From the NCBI GenBank assembly GCA_963575745.1, contig CAUYUJ010000292.1, forward strand, positions 434,001 through 498,000: a stretch of 64,000 nucleotides of DNA. The letters are read 5' to 3'. Made by a program: the position numbers and the translations under genes. The notes under the pieces are model-generated. The model did not search any database and was not told the origin of the DNA. It saw only the letters and a program-made list of their open reading frames with translations. The stretch is from Prorocentrum cordatum. Lineage: Eukaryota. This document shows positions 52,777 through 63,516 of the stretch, one piece after another (positions within the stretch are counted from its first letter, which is position 1; every line of letters begins with the position of its first letter).

Positions 52777-53201
52777 CTCTGCTGCCCCGATGGCTGCGCA
52801 TGAAATTGGGCATGTCCCTCTACAGGAGGAATATTCATAAATAGTTTGAAAGGAGTATGGGGACGATTTGTCTACGATGTTTCGAATATGTTTGAATAAT
52901 TTAACCTTTTAGTCCAAAATCCGCCTGTAGGGGGCCATGCCTGACCTGAGCTCAGCAAGGAGACGGAGGAGGAGGAGGATCAGGAGGAGAAGCAGGAGGA
53001 GGAGGAGGAGGAGGAGGAGGAGAGGGAGGGGGGGGGCTCAACTCGTATCCTGAACACGTGGGTCTAACGAGATACATTCGCCAAAGCGCGGGCCAAGACG
53101 TCGAGCCAACACGCAGCGTGTTGACACGGACGTCTAGAGTCTAGAGCCCGGGTGCGTGCTGCGTCCCAGCACAGGCGCAGCGATGCAGCTGAGCCAGGCA
53201 C

Positions 53202-53272
53202 TGCTGCGCCGCGGCCGCGGCGTGCTCCAGCGCCGACGCCGAGAGGGCCAGGTGCAGCGCCGGCAGCACGTC
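53202..53272 (-). CDS. Ankyrin-repeat protein, exon A (DVLPALHLALSASALEHAAAAAQ)
   Basis: Acceptor cccAG|GAC and GT donor (CA|GTGCCTGG). PALHLA matches the ankyrin TPLHxA motif. GC-rich third positions. Joins exon B in frame to give QQCLELLL. Confidence 0.7.
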
Positions 53273-56200
53273 CTGGGGCCGAGAGGCGGCAGAGGCGGGC
53301 TCATCATCGCTCCTCCTCCTCCTCCTCTTCCTCCACCTCCCCCTCCTCCCTCATCGCTCCTCCTCCCTCCGCCTCCACATCCTCCTCCTCCTGCTCAGCC
53401 CCCGCGGCCCAGGCTGCGACCCACGGGGGGGGGCGACGCGCTTCCCCGGGCATGTCCGTGCACCTGCCTCGACACATCCTCTAGGTGGGCGATATGTGTG
53501 CCGCGGGCGGCCATGGTGCTGTTTTGAGGTTGCATGTGGAACCAGCTGTACGTTGCCGATAAGTCAGAACGGCAGATGTTAGGATATGATAAAGCAGTTC
53601 CGAGGCTGCCAAGATAGTGCTCTCTCTGGGACTCGGTGTAGCACCGATCTGCCGTGTCTGGGGCAGGATGGACAAGTATCAGAGATTTCAGTGGGGTCGG
53701 AGTGCTGGTTCCGCACGGAGGCCGACGGATTGCTCTCTCGTGGTACGGGACAGTTTGTTTGATGGTAAGCAAGTGAGGCGTGTGTGGCACTTCTCGGGCG
53801 AGATAGCAATCAAGCAAGCTGGGTGCGGTACGTTGCAAGTCGTCCGTGAGTGATGTGACCTTCATTGTTGCCTACGCACCCGTCGAACCTCCAGGTGGCG
53901 CTGGGCGTGCTGCTGCTCGTCGGGCTTGCCATAGGTTCTGGAAATATCTCGAGTCGCTTGTGGATGGATTGCCTGGTCATTCTGTTCCCCTGCTGATGCT
54001 TGATGACATTGCGAGAATGGGTAGTATAGCTAGTGGTACAATCGGATTTGGTTGGACACTACACGCGAGAGGACACAAAACCCTTCCGAGAGCCACATTG
54101 CCGCAGGAATGTAGGAAGCATGGGTCGCGAGACACAGGACACAAGGGTACCCTTGATTTGGCAAGGTCGATCTACTAATCTGGGCCGACTGTAATTCGGG
54201 GCATTGTGAGACGGATCGTGAAAACAAGAATCATGCCCGTTTCGCCAGCCGCTCGAGTCTCACCATCTTTGTGCCGTGAACACTTACTTCCAGTGCGGTC
54301 CTGCCTCCTACCATGGCAATGGCATCCGCACTGCGCGAATGCTACTATGGAGGCGCTGATAAACGTCCGCAAGTGCGAAATGTGGGAGAAGGCGGGAGAG
54401 GCTCTGCAGCTGGTCAACACACTGACAAGAAGAGATCACGTTCCGCTGGTGTCGCTTCTGGAGCTAAGGCCTTTTTTTCCTGAAGAGCATGGGTTTCGCT
54501 GGGGACACAAGAAGCTGAATCGAACAAATCTGTATGCCATTCGCCGACGGGAGTTCCTGAAGCCGTGAATCGCGGGCTGGGTCAGGTCGGCTTCGAGAAT
54601 AGCGAAGCTGTGGGGCAATGCTCAGGTGATATGTTGGTTTGCGTGCCTACAACGCAAATCATCATATTGCTAGGGACTGGTTTGAGCAACCGTCGAAGAA
54701 GGTCGATCGACATGCTGAAACTTCGGAGGCTCTAGCAAAAAGAGTCCGCATGCGATTGAAGCTGAGGCAACTGACGCAGCGTAGCCCTCCCCCTTCCCTT
54801 CCTCCTCCTTGGGGGTGTGATCCTCTCCGCCTCCTCGCCCTTCTCCCTGATGCTGCGAGTGGCTACACTGCGAGTGCGTGCCAGCGTGTTTGAAATTCGT
54901 GTTTTCCCATGAGTGTTCTGTCCAAACATGTCGTTCGGTGTCGGCGGGAGGATCGGGAGGTGCGGCGGTTTGAGAGAAACGACAGGAACTGTTTTATCGG
55001 TCTGCGTGTCGCAGAGCTGGAGGAAGCATGGCAAGGGCTGAGTGGCTAACATCGGCGGCTGCACGGGCTGTTTCAAGGCGGCCGAGTGGCAAACACCTGG
55101 GTCCGAAGTTGCGTTTATACGCGGCCCTTCGGGCCTACCTGGACTCGTCGACGTGGAGGGAGTTTCTGGAAACGCCTGGTCCTGAGGGTAGTCTTGCTTC
55201 GAGGGGAAGCAAACTATGATGCTGCACTTGATGCCTGGTTCACTTGTGCGCCTTGTAATGATGATACGGCGGAGGGGTGCAGGCTGCCGAAGAAGACCAT
55301 GGTCCGATCTCGGGGGCCTTTGAACGAACAAGGTTGCGCAAGACGTCCCCTGAATGGTCCTTCCCTACTGGTATCTGGAGGATGTTGTTCCGGCCGCAGG
55401 AGTGCAATCGCGTGCTGGGGTTGGGAGGGGCGAGCAGGACTGGGACTTCGGTACTATCAAGTACTGCTTGTTTAATAATACGGTTAGTATTCGTCTCCGT
55501 TCAGAGGCTCCGCTTATTTGGCACTGCAGTCAAGTCTTCACGCTGAGCAAGGGCAAGGGTAAACCTGATTGCAAGGGGCTTAGATCGGCTCATAGTTTGA
55601 ATGCCCTTGGCAAAATATACTACAACTGTCCCTGGAAGTCTCACCCTGGGGTAATGAGGCAGGCATCGCGTGTCTATGCTTACAGGCACTTGAATGTGCC
55701 GATGGGGTTCTTGAGCTGGGGATTGGGGCCGTATCTCTTCCAGAGGATACGGTTGCACCTGCTTGGTTCCTGGGAGCAGATCATTGCTGCCTGGATGGGT
55801 ATGGGCTTAGCGTCAAGATTCCGTGGCTTAATCATTGTCTGGGGGGGAATGATGATGCTCGTGTCGCTCTGTGTTCTTGGCCCGATCGTGCGAACGACAT
55901 TTCTGTCAACAGCTTTGCTGATGACCTGTGCCGAACTCAGCTGCTGCGATCGTGCGACGGGTTTGTCAGACTAAATGCTGCCAACCTGGCTCGTCTTCAG
56001 CACATACTTGCTATCGGTGGACGTTCTCTGAACGGGGGCAAGCAAAATAGCCTGGTGCACTTTGTCCGTCATGGGGTTCACGCGTCGAAGGCGTGTTTTC
56101 TCTGGCGCTTGCGACAACCATGTGGGTTCCTGGAAGCTTAACACTGGAAATGAGGTTCCCCGCCACATGAACAACTACTGTCGTCAACACCTGCCGTTTT

Positions 56201-56490
56201 CGTTATGATGGGAGCTGTAGTGATGAATATCCTCGCAGGCTTCAGACGGCTCGTCGGATTTGTGGGATGCTAGGAAGGTTTTGGCACAGTTGCGCGAATA
56301 TTCGAAAGAAAAATATTGAGTACCAATCAGTCATTGAAAGATCTCTCACGTCGGGACCCGTTTCCTTTATTCCCAACCATCCTGTGGTGTTGGGTCCTCG
56401 TTTTGAAGAGACGGTGCCCCGCGTTCTCCTTCCTTCCTTCCTTCCTTCCTCCCGCTGCCTCCTCCCCCGTCCCATCATCATCATCATCAA

Positions 56491-57060
56491 CACCCAATCC
56501 GGCACACCCCTCACACGTTTCGTGGCTCCATAGGGAGCTCCACCGAAGGCCCCAGTGCCCGCGGCCGCATGCGTCACCCACACCCATTTCGGCACACCCC
56601 CCACACGTTCCGAGGCTCCATAGGGAGCTCCACCGAAGGCCCCAGTGCCCGCGGCCGCATGCGTCACCCACACCCATTTCGGCACACCCCTCACACGTTT
56701 CGTGGCTCCATAGGGAGCTCCACCGAAGGCCCCAGTGCCCGCGGCCGCATGCGTCACCCACACCCATTTCGGCACACCCCTCACACGTTTCGTGGCTCCA
56801 TAGGGAGCTCCACCGAAGGCCCCAGTGCCCGCGGCCGCATGCGTCACCCACACCCATTTCGGCACACCCCTCACACGTTTCGTGGCTCCATAGGGAGCTC
56901 CACCGAAGGCCCCAGTGCCCGCGGCCGCATGCGTCACCCACACCCATTTCGGCACACCCCTCACACGTTTCGTGGCTCCATAGGGAGCTCCACCGAAGGC
57001 CTCAGTGCCGCCGCCCGCATGCGTCACCCCCACCCATTTCGGCACACCCCCCGCATTTCT
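56491..57060. repeat. Tandem array, 90-bp unit, about 6.3 copies
   Basis: Units start at 56491, 56581, 56671, 56761, 56851, 56941 and 57031 (partial). Units 3-5 are identical and edge units diverge. Confidence 0.98.
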
Positions 57061-57070
57061 CGCACGGCAG

Positions 57071-57536
57071 GGTCATCACCACGGTGGCGTGCCAGGGGCG
57101 CACCATGCGCGAAGGCGACGGGGCGGGGGAACGGCGCTCCGGGGGCGGCCAGACCTCCGGGGCGCGAGCAGTCCGCGGCCAGACCATCTCTCGGTCCTGT
57201 GGACTCTCGCCCTGGGCCGTCGGCTGCCCGGCGCGCTGCTCCCTCGGTCGACGTCGCCCAGGCGTGATCCTGGATTGCGGCCGCCACGAGGTAGGGAACG
57301 GCAAGAAGGAGGACGACGACTGGTGGCTGGAGCTCTACGTGCTGCTCTCGCGCGCCACGCGCCACGAGGACCTCCTGCTCATGCGGGCGCCGCGCATCGA
57401 GTTCTTCCTGGCAGGGCCGCCGCAGGGCTTGCGGAAGCAGCTGGAGCAGTTTGCGGCGCGCACGAAGCGGTGCAGGAGGGAAGCGACGGCCCTCGCCAGG
57501 GAGCTCGGCTTCACCGAGTTCATCCGCGAGGCCTGA
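57071..57536 (+). pseudogene. 3' fragment of a Pif1/RecD2-type SF1B helicase gene (exons 57071-57114 and 57262-57536)
   Basis: Spliced product VITTVACQGRTMREGVILDCG...WWLELYVLLSRATRHEDLLLMRAP has motif V (TxxxxQGxT followed by a VILD strand) and motif VI (LYVxLSR). No upstream helicase motifs were found in the window. Confidence 0.8.
57115..57261 (+). other. 147-nt GC-AG intron with inverted-repeat ends
   Basis: GAAG|GCGACG...CGTCGCCCAG|GCG. Removal restores motif V-VI spacing. Confidence 0.75.
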
Positions 57537-59307
57537 CCTGAGGAGCGTCTCCCCCGAGCCGCGCCTTCTCTCGACTGCCCGACTAATTGTTTGGCCTCGC
57601 GCCGCGGACGACCCGCGCGCGTCGCTGGGACCCTCTCGGGGCGACCAGCGCGCGTCGCGGGAACTCCGTGCTGCGGGGGGCCCGGCGCCTCGTTCGCCCG
57701 TCGTCGCTCTGCCCAGCGGTCAGAGACTTGCCCGCTATCAGCCAGCCAGTTAGCTAGTCAGCTCTCTCTGCTTCGCGCAGCGGACGACCCGCGCGCGTCG
57801 CTGGGACCCCGCCCGGGGCGACCAGCGCGCGTCGCGGGGACTCCGCGCTGCGCTGCGCCCGCAGCCTTGGATTTTGGAGTGCGCGGGCAAAGAGGAAGGA
57901 AAAGAAGAGCCGAAAGCGGGCGCGATCCTCGCAAGAGGCGTGCCGACATGGGCGTCGCGACGTGCGGACGCTGCCGTCGGGGTTCCCGCGGAAGCTGCCT
58001 GCGGCGGCCACGCCCAGTGTCACGTGTGTTCGGACAGGCATGCTCGACACTTACACTAGGCGTTTCCATGATCGCACTCATGCAAATATATTCACTCGCG
58101 CGCAGACCCATTCATACTCAGATTCCCTCGCGCTCTGACTCACCCGCGTTCTTTCTCTCGTAATCAGATCTATCGTATTCCTTTGCGTTGTGTACCCCGC
58201 CACATTTCGGCACACCCCTCATGCGGTTCGTGGCCCCATAGGGAGCGCCACCGAAGAAGATACTCACAATTGCGATACCCACAACTGCATATGGTTGGGT
58301 CCTTCGCCAGGATAATTTGTTCGGTTGACTGCTGTGAGCGCCCTCGTGGAGTACAAGCGATTCTTGCTCGAAAGGTAATTTTGGGGATGGGATGCATGAA
58401 GGAGGATGTCGATGGAAGTATTGAGTACAAAGCTCGTTCTACTCGCGATATTTACTGCCAATTACGCTTGTTGTCCTGTATATTTGCGGCTGCGCACTCA
58501 GCGTCTGAAGCGGGTTCAGAACATTGTGCGCTGGCCACTCGGTAATCTGCAGCTTATCGGTGGAATGTTCGGAATCGCAGAAGGGGAGGACGACAACTTC
58601 GTGGATCGGGAGGGATACTTCGTGGGTAAGCCTCGGGGGTGGTGGCAAAGTGTATGTCTGATGTCTTGGAGTATGCTAAGTTGCTGAGCTCTCTGAGGTG
58701 GCGTCGGCTGCGCAGAGCTACCCTGCGGCGCTCTTCTGTGACCTGGATGTTAGGTCCTCGCTCCTGGCTGAAGATCAACAAGTCTTGTAAAGCGACTGCG
58801 CATGTAAAAAGATACCCCCTCCTGCTGAGGTTAAGATCCCTGTCCCTCCTCCGCCCTCCGCCTCCCTCTCCTCTTCCCCCCCTCCTCCGTCCCACGTGTT
58901 CAATTGTGAACTCAATCTTTGGGGCGCCTAGGGGTGTCCGTAGGGCGTCGTTCCCGACTAGGCGACAGCTACTACTTCATCAAGCTAACTCTCGTCAATC
59001 TAACCATGGTCATCGCATGGTGCCTCGTATTGCTACGATCCCAAATGCGTGTATTCTAGCTGGCAACTTCTGAATTACTTAAAGATAACTTAGTGAACAT
59101 CTGGAAATGTTTGGAGGGGGGAAATGCCCACGGTCGAGGGGGTCTGCGATTCAACATGTTCATACAACTACCCCACCGTACGAATGCGAGTTGTGTGCGA
59201 TTAGTTTCAGTAGCTGTGAAACTGCCCAACCGCATTTCCATTCACATCGTCGGTTAGATTCGCGAGTGTTTGTTCTCTGCTCAGAGCATGCAGCGCAACG
59301 GAGTGCT

Positions 59308-59890
59308 ATGCTCGGCAAGACGGGAGCCAAGCCTGCTGCTGCCGCTGATGGAGGGAAGGAGGAGGGGCATCAGGCTCAGAAGCGTGTGGCGATGGCATCT
59401 ACCACGGGAGCCAAGGCTGATGCTGCTTTGAAGCTCGGGGTGATTAGCGCGCAACGCTCAAGGCTTCTCGAAGCAGGAGTGACGTACCAATTCGCCATGG
59501 AAGTTGAGGATCCTCTCGATGTTGCCACGAAGCAGGCTCACGATCTGGAAAATCTGCCCAGGGTGAAGGGACAAAAGGGCCACAAACTCGGAGCTCCTGA
59601 CTCTTTCCGATTCGCGGCGGCGGCTCTGACTCTCTGCAGCAAGGGCTCGGAGGCTCAGCTGTCTGTGATTCGCAAGTGCATGGGCAATGCCGTTCCAGGT
59701 TCGATTCAGGCGCAGCTGCAGGATCGCTTGTTCAGGACTGAGAAGATGTGTGACTCGAAAGTTAGACGTTTGATTGTCACGCTGGCAGACAAGGACTTGG
59801 AGACCATTGTAGTTTCTCTTCTCTATGAGCACATAGGGTTCGAGGTTTTCACTGGCCCAGCGAACTCAGAGATTGGGGGCCGGAATCTGT
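59308..59890 (+). CDS. Uncharacterised ORF downstream of the LINE zinc fingers
   Basis: About 190 codons of complex, non-repetitive protein-like sequence (LGVISAQRSRLLEA, KGHKLGAPD, FTGPANSEIGGR) in an open frame. Confidence 0.5.
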
Positions 59891-60411
59891 TGAACCCTCA
59901 GTATTCGATGTCTGCCAGCAGCTTGCGCCACTCAACCGCCGTGTGTAATTCGATTCGTTCAAATAGGCTGACGCCTCTTCCGCTAGTTGCTTTGGCGTCT
60001 GTTTGGGCACTACTCAGACGCCGAGTACAATTTGTTTCTTTCAGATAGGCGGTCGCCTCTCCGATGGTGCTTTTTAATGACAGTCGGTTCTGAAATGCGG
60101 CCGTGCGCCGACAGCTGCCGAGCGGCACTGTCGCCTGGCGCCCCCCAGTCGTGGGGTGCCGAGGCTTGCGAGTGAGAAGGGGCACCCCAAATTCCTCGAT
60201 CGATCATCTGACCTTGGTCGCAACGGAGCTCCACCACCACCACCACCTCCTCCCTGTCTCCAACTCCTCCCTCCTCCTCCCTCCTCCTCCTCCTCCTCCT
60301 ACTCCTCCTCCTCCTCCTCCTCCTCCCTCCTCCTCCTCCTCCTCCTCCTCCCTCCTCCTCCCTCCTCCTCCCTCCTCCTCCTCCTCCTCCTCCTCCTCCT
60401 CCTCCTCCTCC

Positions 60412-60442
<31 letters not shown>

Positions 60443-61684
60443 CTGGGAGGGCCCGCCCGAGAGAAGCGGCCGGCGCAGAGCGAGCCAGCGAGCCGCCCAG
60501 GCGCAGCAGCCGTCAGCTGAGAGGCGGCCGAGGGCGCGCCGAGGAGGCGGCCCGAGGGGCAGCTGCGGGGGCGTCCACGAAGAGCGGTTCGCAAACGATC
60601 GCCCAGCTTGGGACATGATGTAATAATAATAATAATAAGAAGAAGAAGAAGAAGAAGAAGACAAATAATAATACTAATACCAATCAGCGTACGAACAACG
60701 TTAATGCAAACAAAGCATGTGATATACAACGATTGCTAAACACGGTAGCACAACAATGCGAATACTGAGACTACGAATACACATAACCAAGCTACTACAA
60801 CATGTGACACGAGGTATAATAACAGTCAGAAGAGTAATATAGATAATTCTAAGCAGAAGAGGGAACATTGAAAGACACCTCAGAAGAATAATACGATTAA
60901 TCATAATACAAAGAAGAATAAGCTCAAGAGGCCGCGAGATCTGGGGAGATTTCACGGCCGTGGCAATGATATCCCCTCTGGGCCGCCCCCGACACCTGCC
61001 GGGGAGCGGGCGGCGGAGCCGAGAAAGCCCGCTCAGAGGAGAGGCTGGAGCAGAAACGGTGTTGCCGGAGGTGGCGGCGGCGGAGCTGAACGAAGCAACC
61101 GCCGCCTCGTCGTCGCCCCCCCCCCCCCCCCCCCTCCCCTTCTGCCCCCCCCCCCCCCCTTCCCCTCCTCCTCCTCCTCCTCCTTCTTCTCCTCCTCCTC
61201 TTCCTCCTACACCTCCTCCCTCCCCTCCTCCTCCTCCTCCTCCTACTCCTCCTCCTCCTCCTCCTCCTCCTCCTCCTCCTCCTCCTCCTCCTCCTCCTCC
61301 TCCTCCTCCTCCTCTCCTCCCTCTCCTCCTCCTCCTCCTCCTCTCCTCCTCCTCCTCCTCCTCCTCCTCCTCCTCCTCCTCCTCCTCCTCCTCCTCCTCC
61401 TCCTCCTCCTCTGTGCGCCTCCCAGTCCTCCTGCTGCCCCTCCTCCTGCTCCTCGCGCCTTCTCCTCGTTCCTCGCTTCCTCCTCCCTCCTCCTCCTCCT
61501 CCTCCTCCTCCTCCTCCTCCTCCTCCTCCTCGCTCGTCGGTCTTTGCCCTCCTCCCCCAGCCCTTGTCCTGATAAACAACTCCTGCCTGTCGCACCCCCA
61601 ACCGTGTTGGTAGGGCGGCCCGGGCGTTTCGTTTGACACATCCTCTCCGTTGATGATGATGAAGCTTGAAATTTGCAACCGTTT

Positions 61685-62090
61685 CGAGGATGGAGGGGTG
61701 GGGTCATTTTGCTCAAAGTCACTCTCGCCTTCGCGCCGCGCACATTCGTCTCAAAAGTTTGCAGCAGCTTCACGGGTGGAGGGTGAGTCGTTTTCAAAAT
61801 GTGGCTCTCGCTTTAGCGTTGCGAGCATTTGTCTGAAACGTATATCAAACAATGATGGAGGGCGGCTCCTTTTCAGACTGTGGTTCTCGCCATGACACTG
61901 CGCACCCTCATCTTAAAATGTTGCAGCCGCTTCGAAATTCGAGGGCGGTTCCTTTTCATCACTTGGCTCTCGCCATAGCGCCGCGCACATTCATCTTAAA
62001 AACTGCAGCAATTTCAAAGATGGAGGGCAGCGCCTTTTCAAAATGTGGCACTCGCCCTCGCGCCGCGCACATCCGTCTTCCACGTTTGCG
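61685..62090 (+). repeat. Degenerate tandem repeat of roughly 80-90 bp (GATGGAGGGCGG..TTTTCAAAATGTGGCTCTCGCC)
   Basis: About five units. A related block lies at 22905-23100. Confidence 0.8.
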
Positions 62091-63465
62091 GCGCTGTCAA
62101 TGGATCGTATGCTTGACGTCCCAGGATCGGCGTTCTGGCACGATCGAGAAGTGTCGCGACGCAAAAAGTTGTTTCCATCCGCTGTAGAAATCCAAGGAAT
62201 GGTGTTCTGACGCGAATTAAGGTTGCCAGGACGCAAGAATAAAGTTGATCCGCGACACGTAACTCCCCCAACTTGTGTTTTGATGCGGTTGAGGATTCTC
62301 AATTGGTTTTCTTCGAGTGCGGCATCCCCCACAATGAAAACAAACTTCTGTAGGGATCCATTAAAAAAAAACTTGGACAGAGGTGCGCTGATCCTCCTCC
62401 TCCTCCTCCTCCTCGCTCCTCCTCGCTCCTCGCTCCTCGCTCCTCCTCCTCCTCCTCCTCCTCCTCCTCCTCCTCCTCCTCCTCCTCCTCGTCGCTCATC
62501 ACGACGACCACGAGCGGCGCGCGCAGCGGCCCAGCGAACGCAAGTCGACAGGGAACGCGGGGGGGGGGCAGCCGGAGCGCGCGGGAATGGTCCTGCAACG
62601 GTGGCCCCGAACGCTGCTTTTCATGGGGAACAGCAAGCGGGGGGCAGGGGAAGCAAACAACCACCTTGCGTGCACCATCGAGGCCCCAAGGGAGCTCCTG
62701 ATGGGCCCCCTCCCTGAGAGCCTCGACCCCTCCCTCCGCACTTACCGCCCCCCCACGAAGTTGGAACCGCCCAGCACTCTGCGGAGACGCGCCGGGAAAG
62801 TGCCCCCCTCTTCACCCACCGCTCCCCAGACATGCGACGTCCTGATTCTTTCAGGACGGCGTCCCTGGAAGTCCAGACCCTTTCCCCGGAGCCGGCTTTT
62901 TCATCCTGCGTCGTTTCTTGACGGTCCCGGGCCCCCCAAGGGCCGAAAAGAATGAACAACCGCCCGTCCGGATTTTTTACGACGCGATCATACCTTGGTC
63001 ACCGCCCCGAACTTCGTGGTTGCGAGTACAGTCGGAGCGTTGACCTAAGGAACCCTAAATAAGGAACGAGGCCCCTTTTTTTCCACGAGTCAAAGTTCGA
63101 TTTCCCATCGAAAACAGAAGGAAAACCTGAGGCAGGCTGCGAAACACGTGAGGAACGCGAAGCCCCTCCTCCAACCAAAAGGGTTCCTTCTTCGGGGCCC
63201 CGGCTGTAGGAGTGCGGCACCGCGGGGCTAATCACGGCCGGAGCCCTATGGACTCCGCCCTCCCGCGGAGGCCTCGAGCGAACCCCTGGTGCCGCACGGC
63301 GACGGCCCCGGGGGCCCGGGTCTGGGCGGCAGCGCCCCGTGCGGAAGCAGCCGCCCTCCCCCGCGCTGCCGTTCCCTTCCCCCGGGGGCGTCCCAAGGAG
63401 GAGGGCTGAAGGGGCCCCAGGACACACAAATAAATACACACAACTAAACAGATGCCCCATATTTT

Positions 63466-63516
<51 letters not shown>

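Larger units (their letters stand above)
56371..58313 (+). mobile_element. Candidate non-autonomous Helitron2/Helentron-like element
   Basis: Removing it restores the LINE frame. Left terminus CCCAACCAT is inverted as ATGGTTGGG 14 bp inside the right end. Carries a 90-bp tandem array and a Pif1-like C-terminus. Confidence 0.65.
53530..59890 (+). mobile_element. Degenerate non-LTR retrotransposon (APE endonuclease - RT - zinc fingers - extra ORF), interrupted at 56371-58313
   Basis: APE motifs FIVAYAP, LLMLDxxARMG and RDHVPL. RT motifs PLIWHCSQVFTLSKGKGK..GLR and SFADDL (FADDL at 55914-55928). Post-RT ARKV and LRLRTQRL. C2H2 finger C-x2-C-x12-H-x3-H at 59185-59247. Many frameshifts and stops. 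Confidence 0.85.

Noticed and set aside
53464..53514. Possible first exon of the ankyrin gene (MAARGTHIAHLEDVSRQ, CAG|GT donor)
   Set aside because: In phase with exon A but has no homology support and abuts the LINE end. Needs transcript data.
56491..57060. CRISPR-like array
   Set aside because: Whole 90-bp units are repeated with no unique spacers, and no cas genes are present.
61705..61717. Dinoflagellate spliced-leader relic (CATTTTGCTCAAA)
   Set aside because: Short imperfect match to CCATTTTGGCTCAAG inside a tandem repeat unit.
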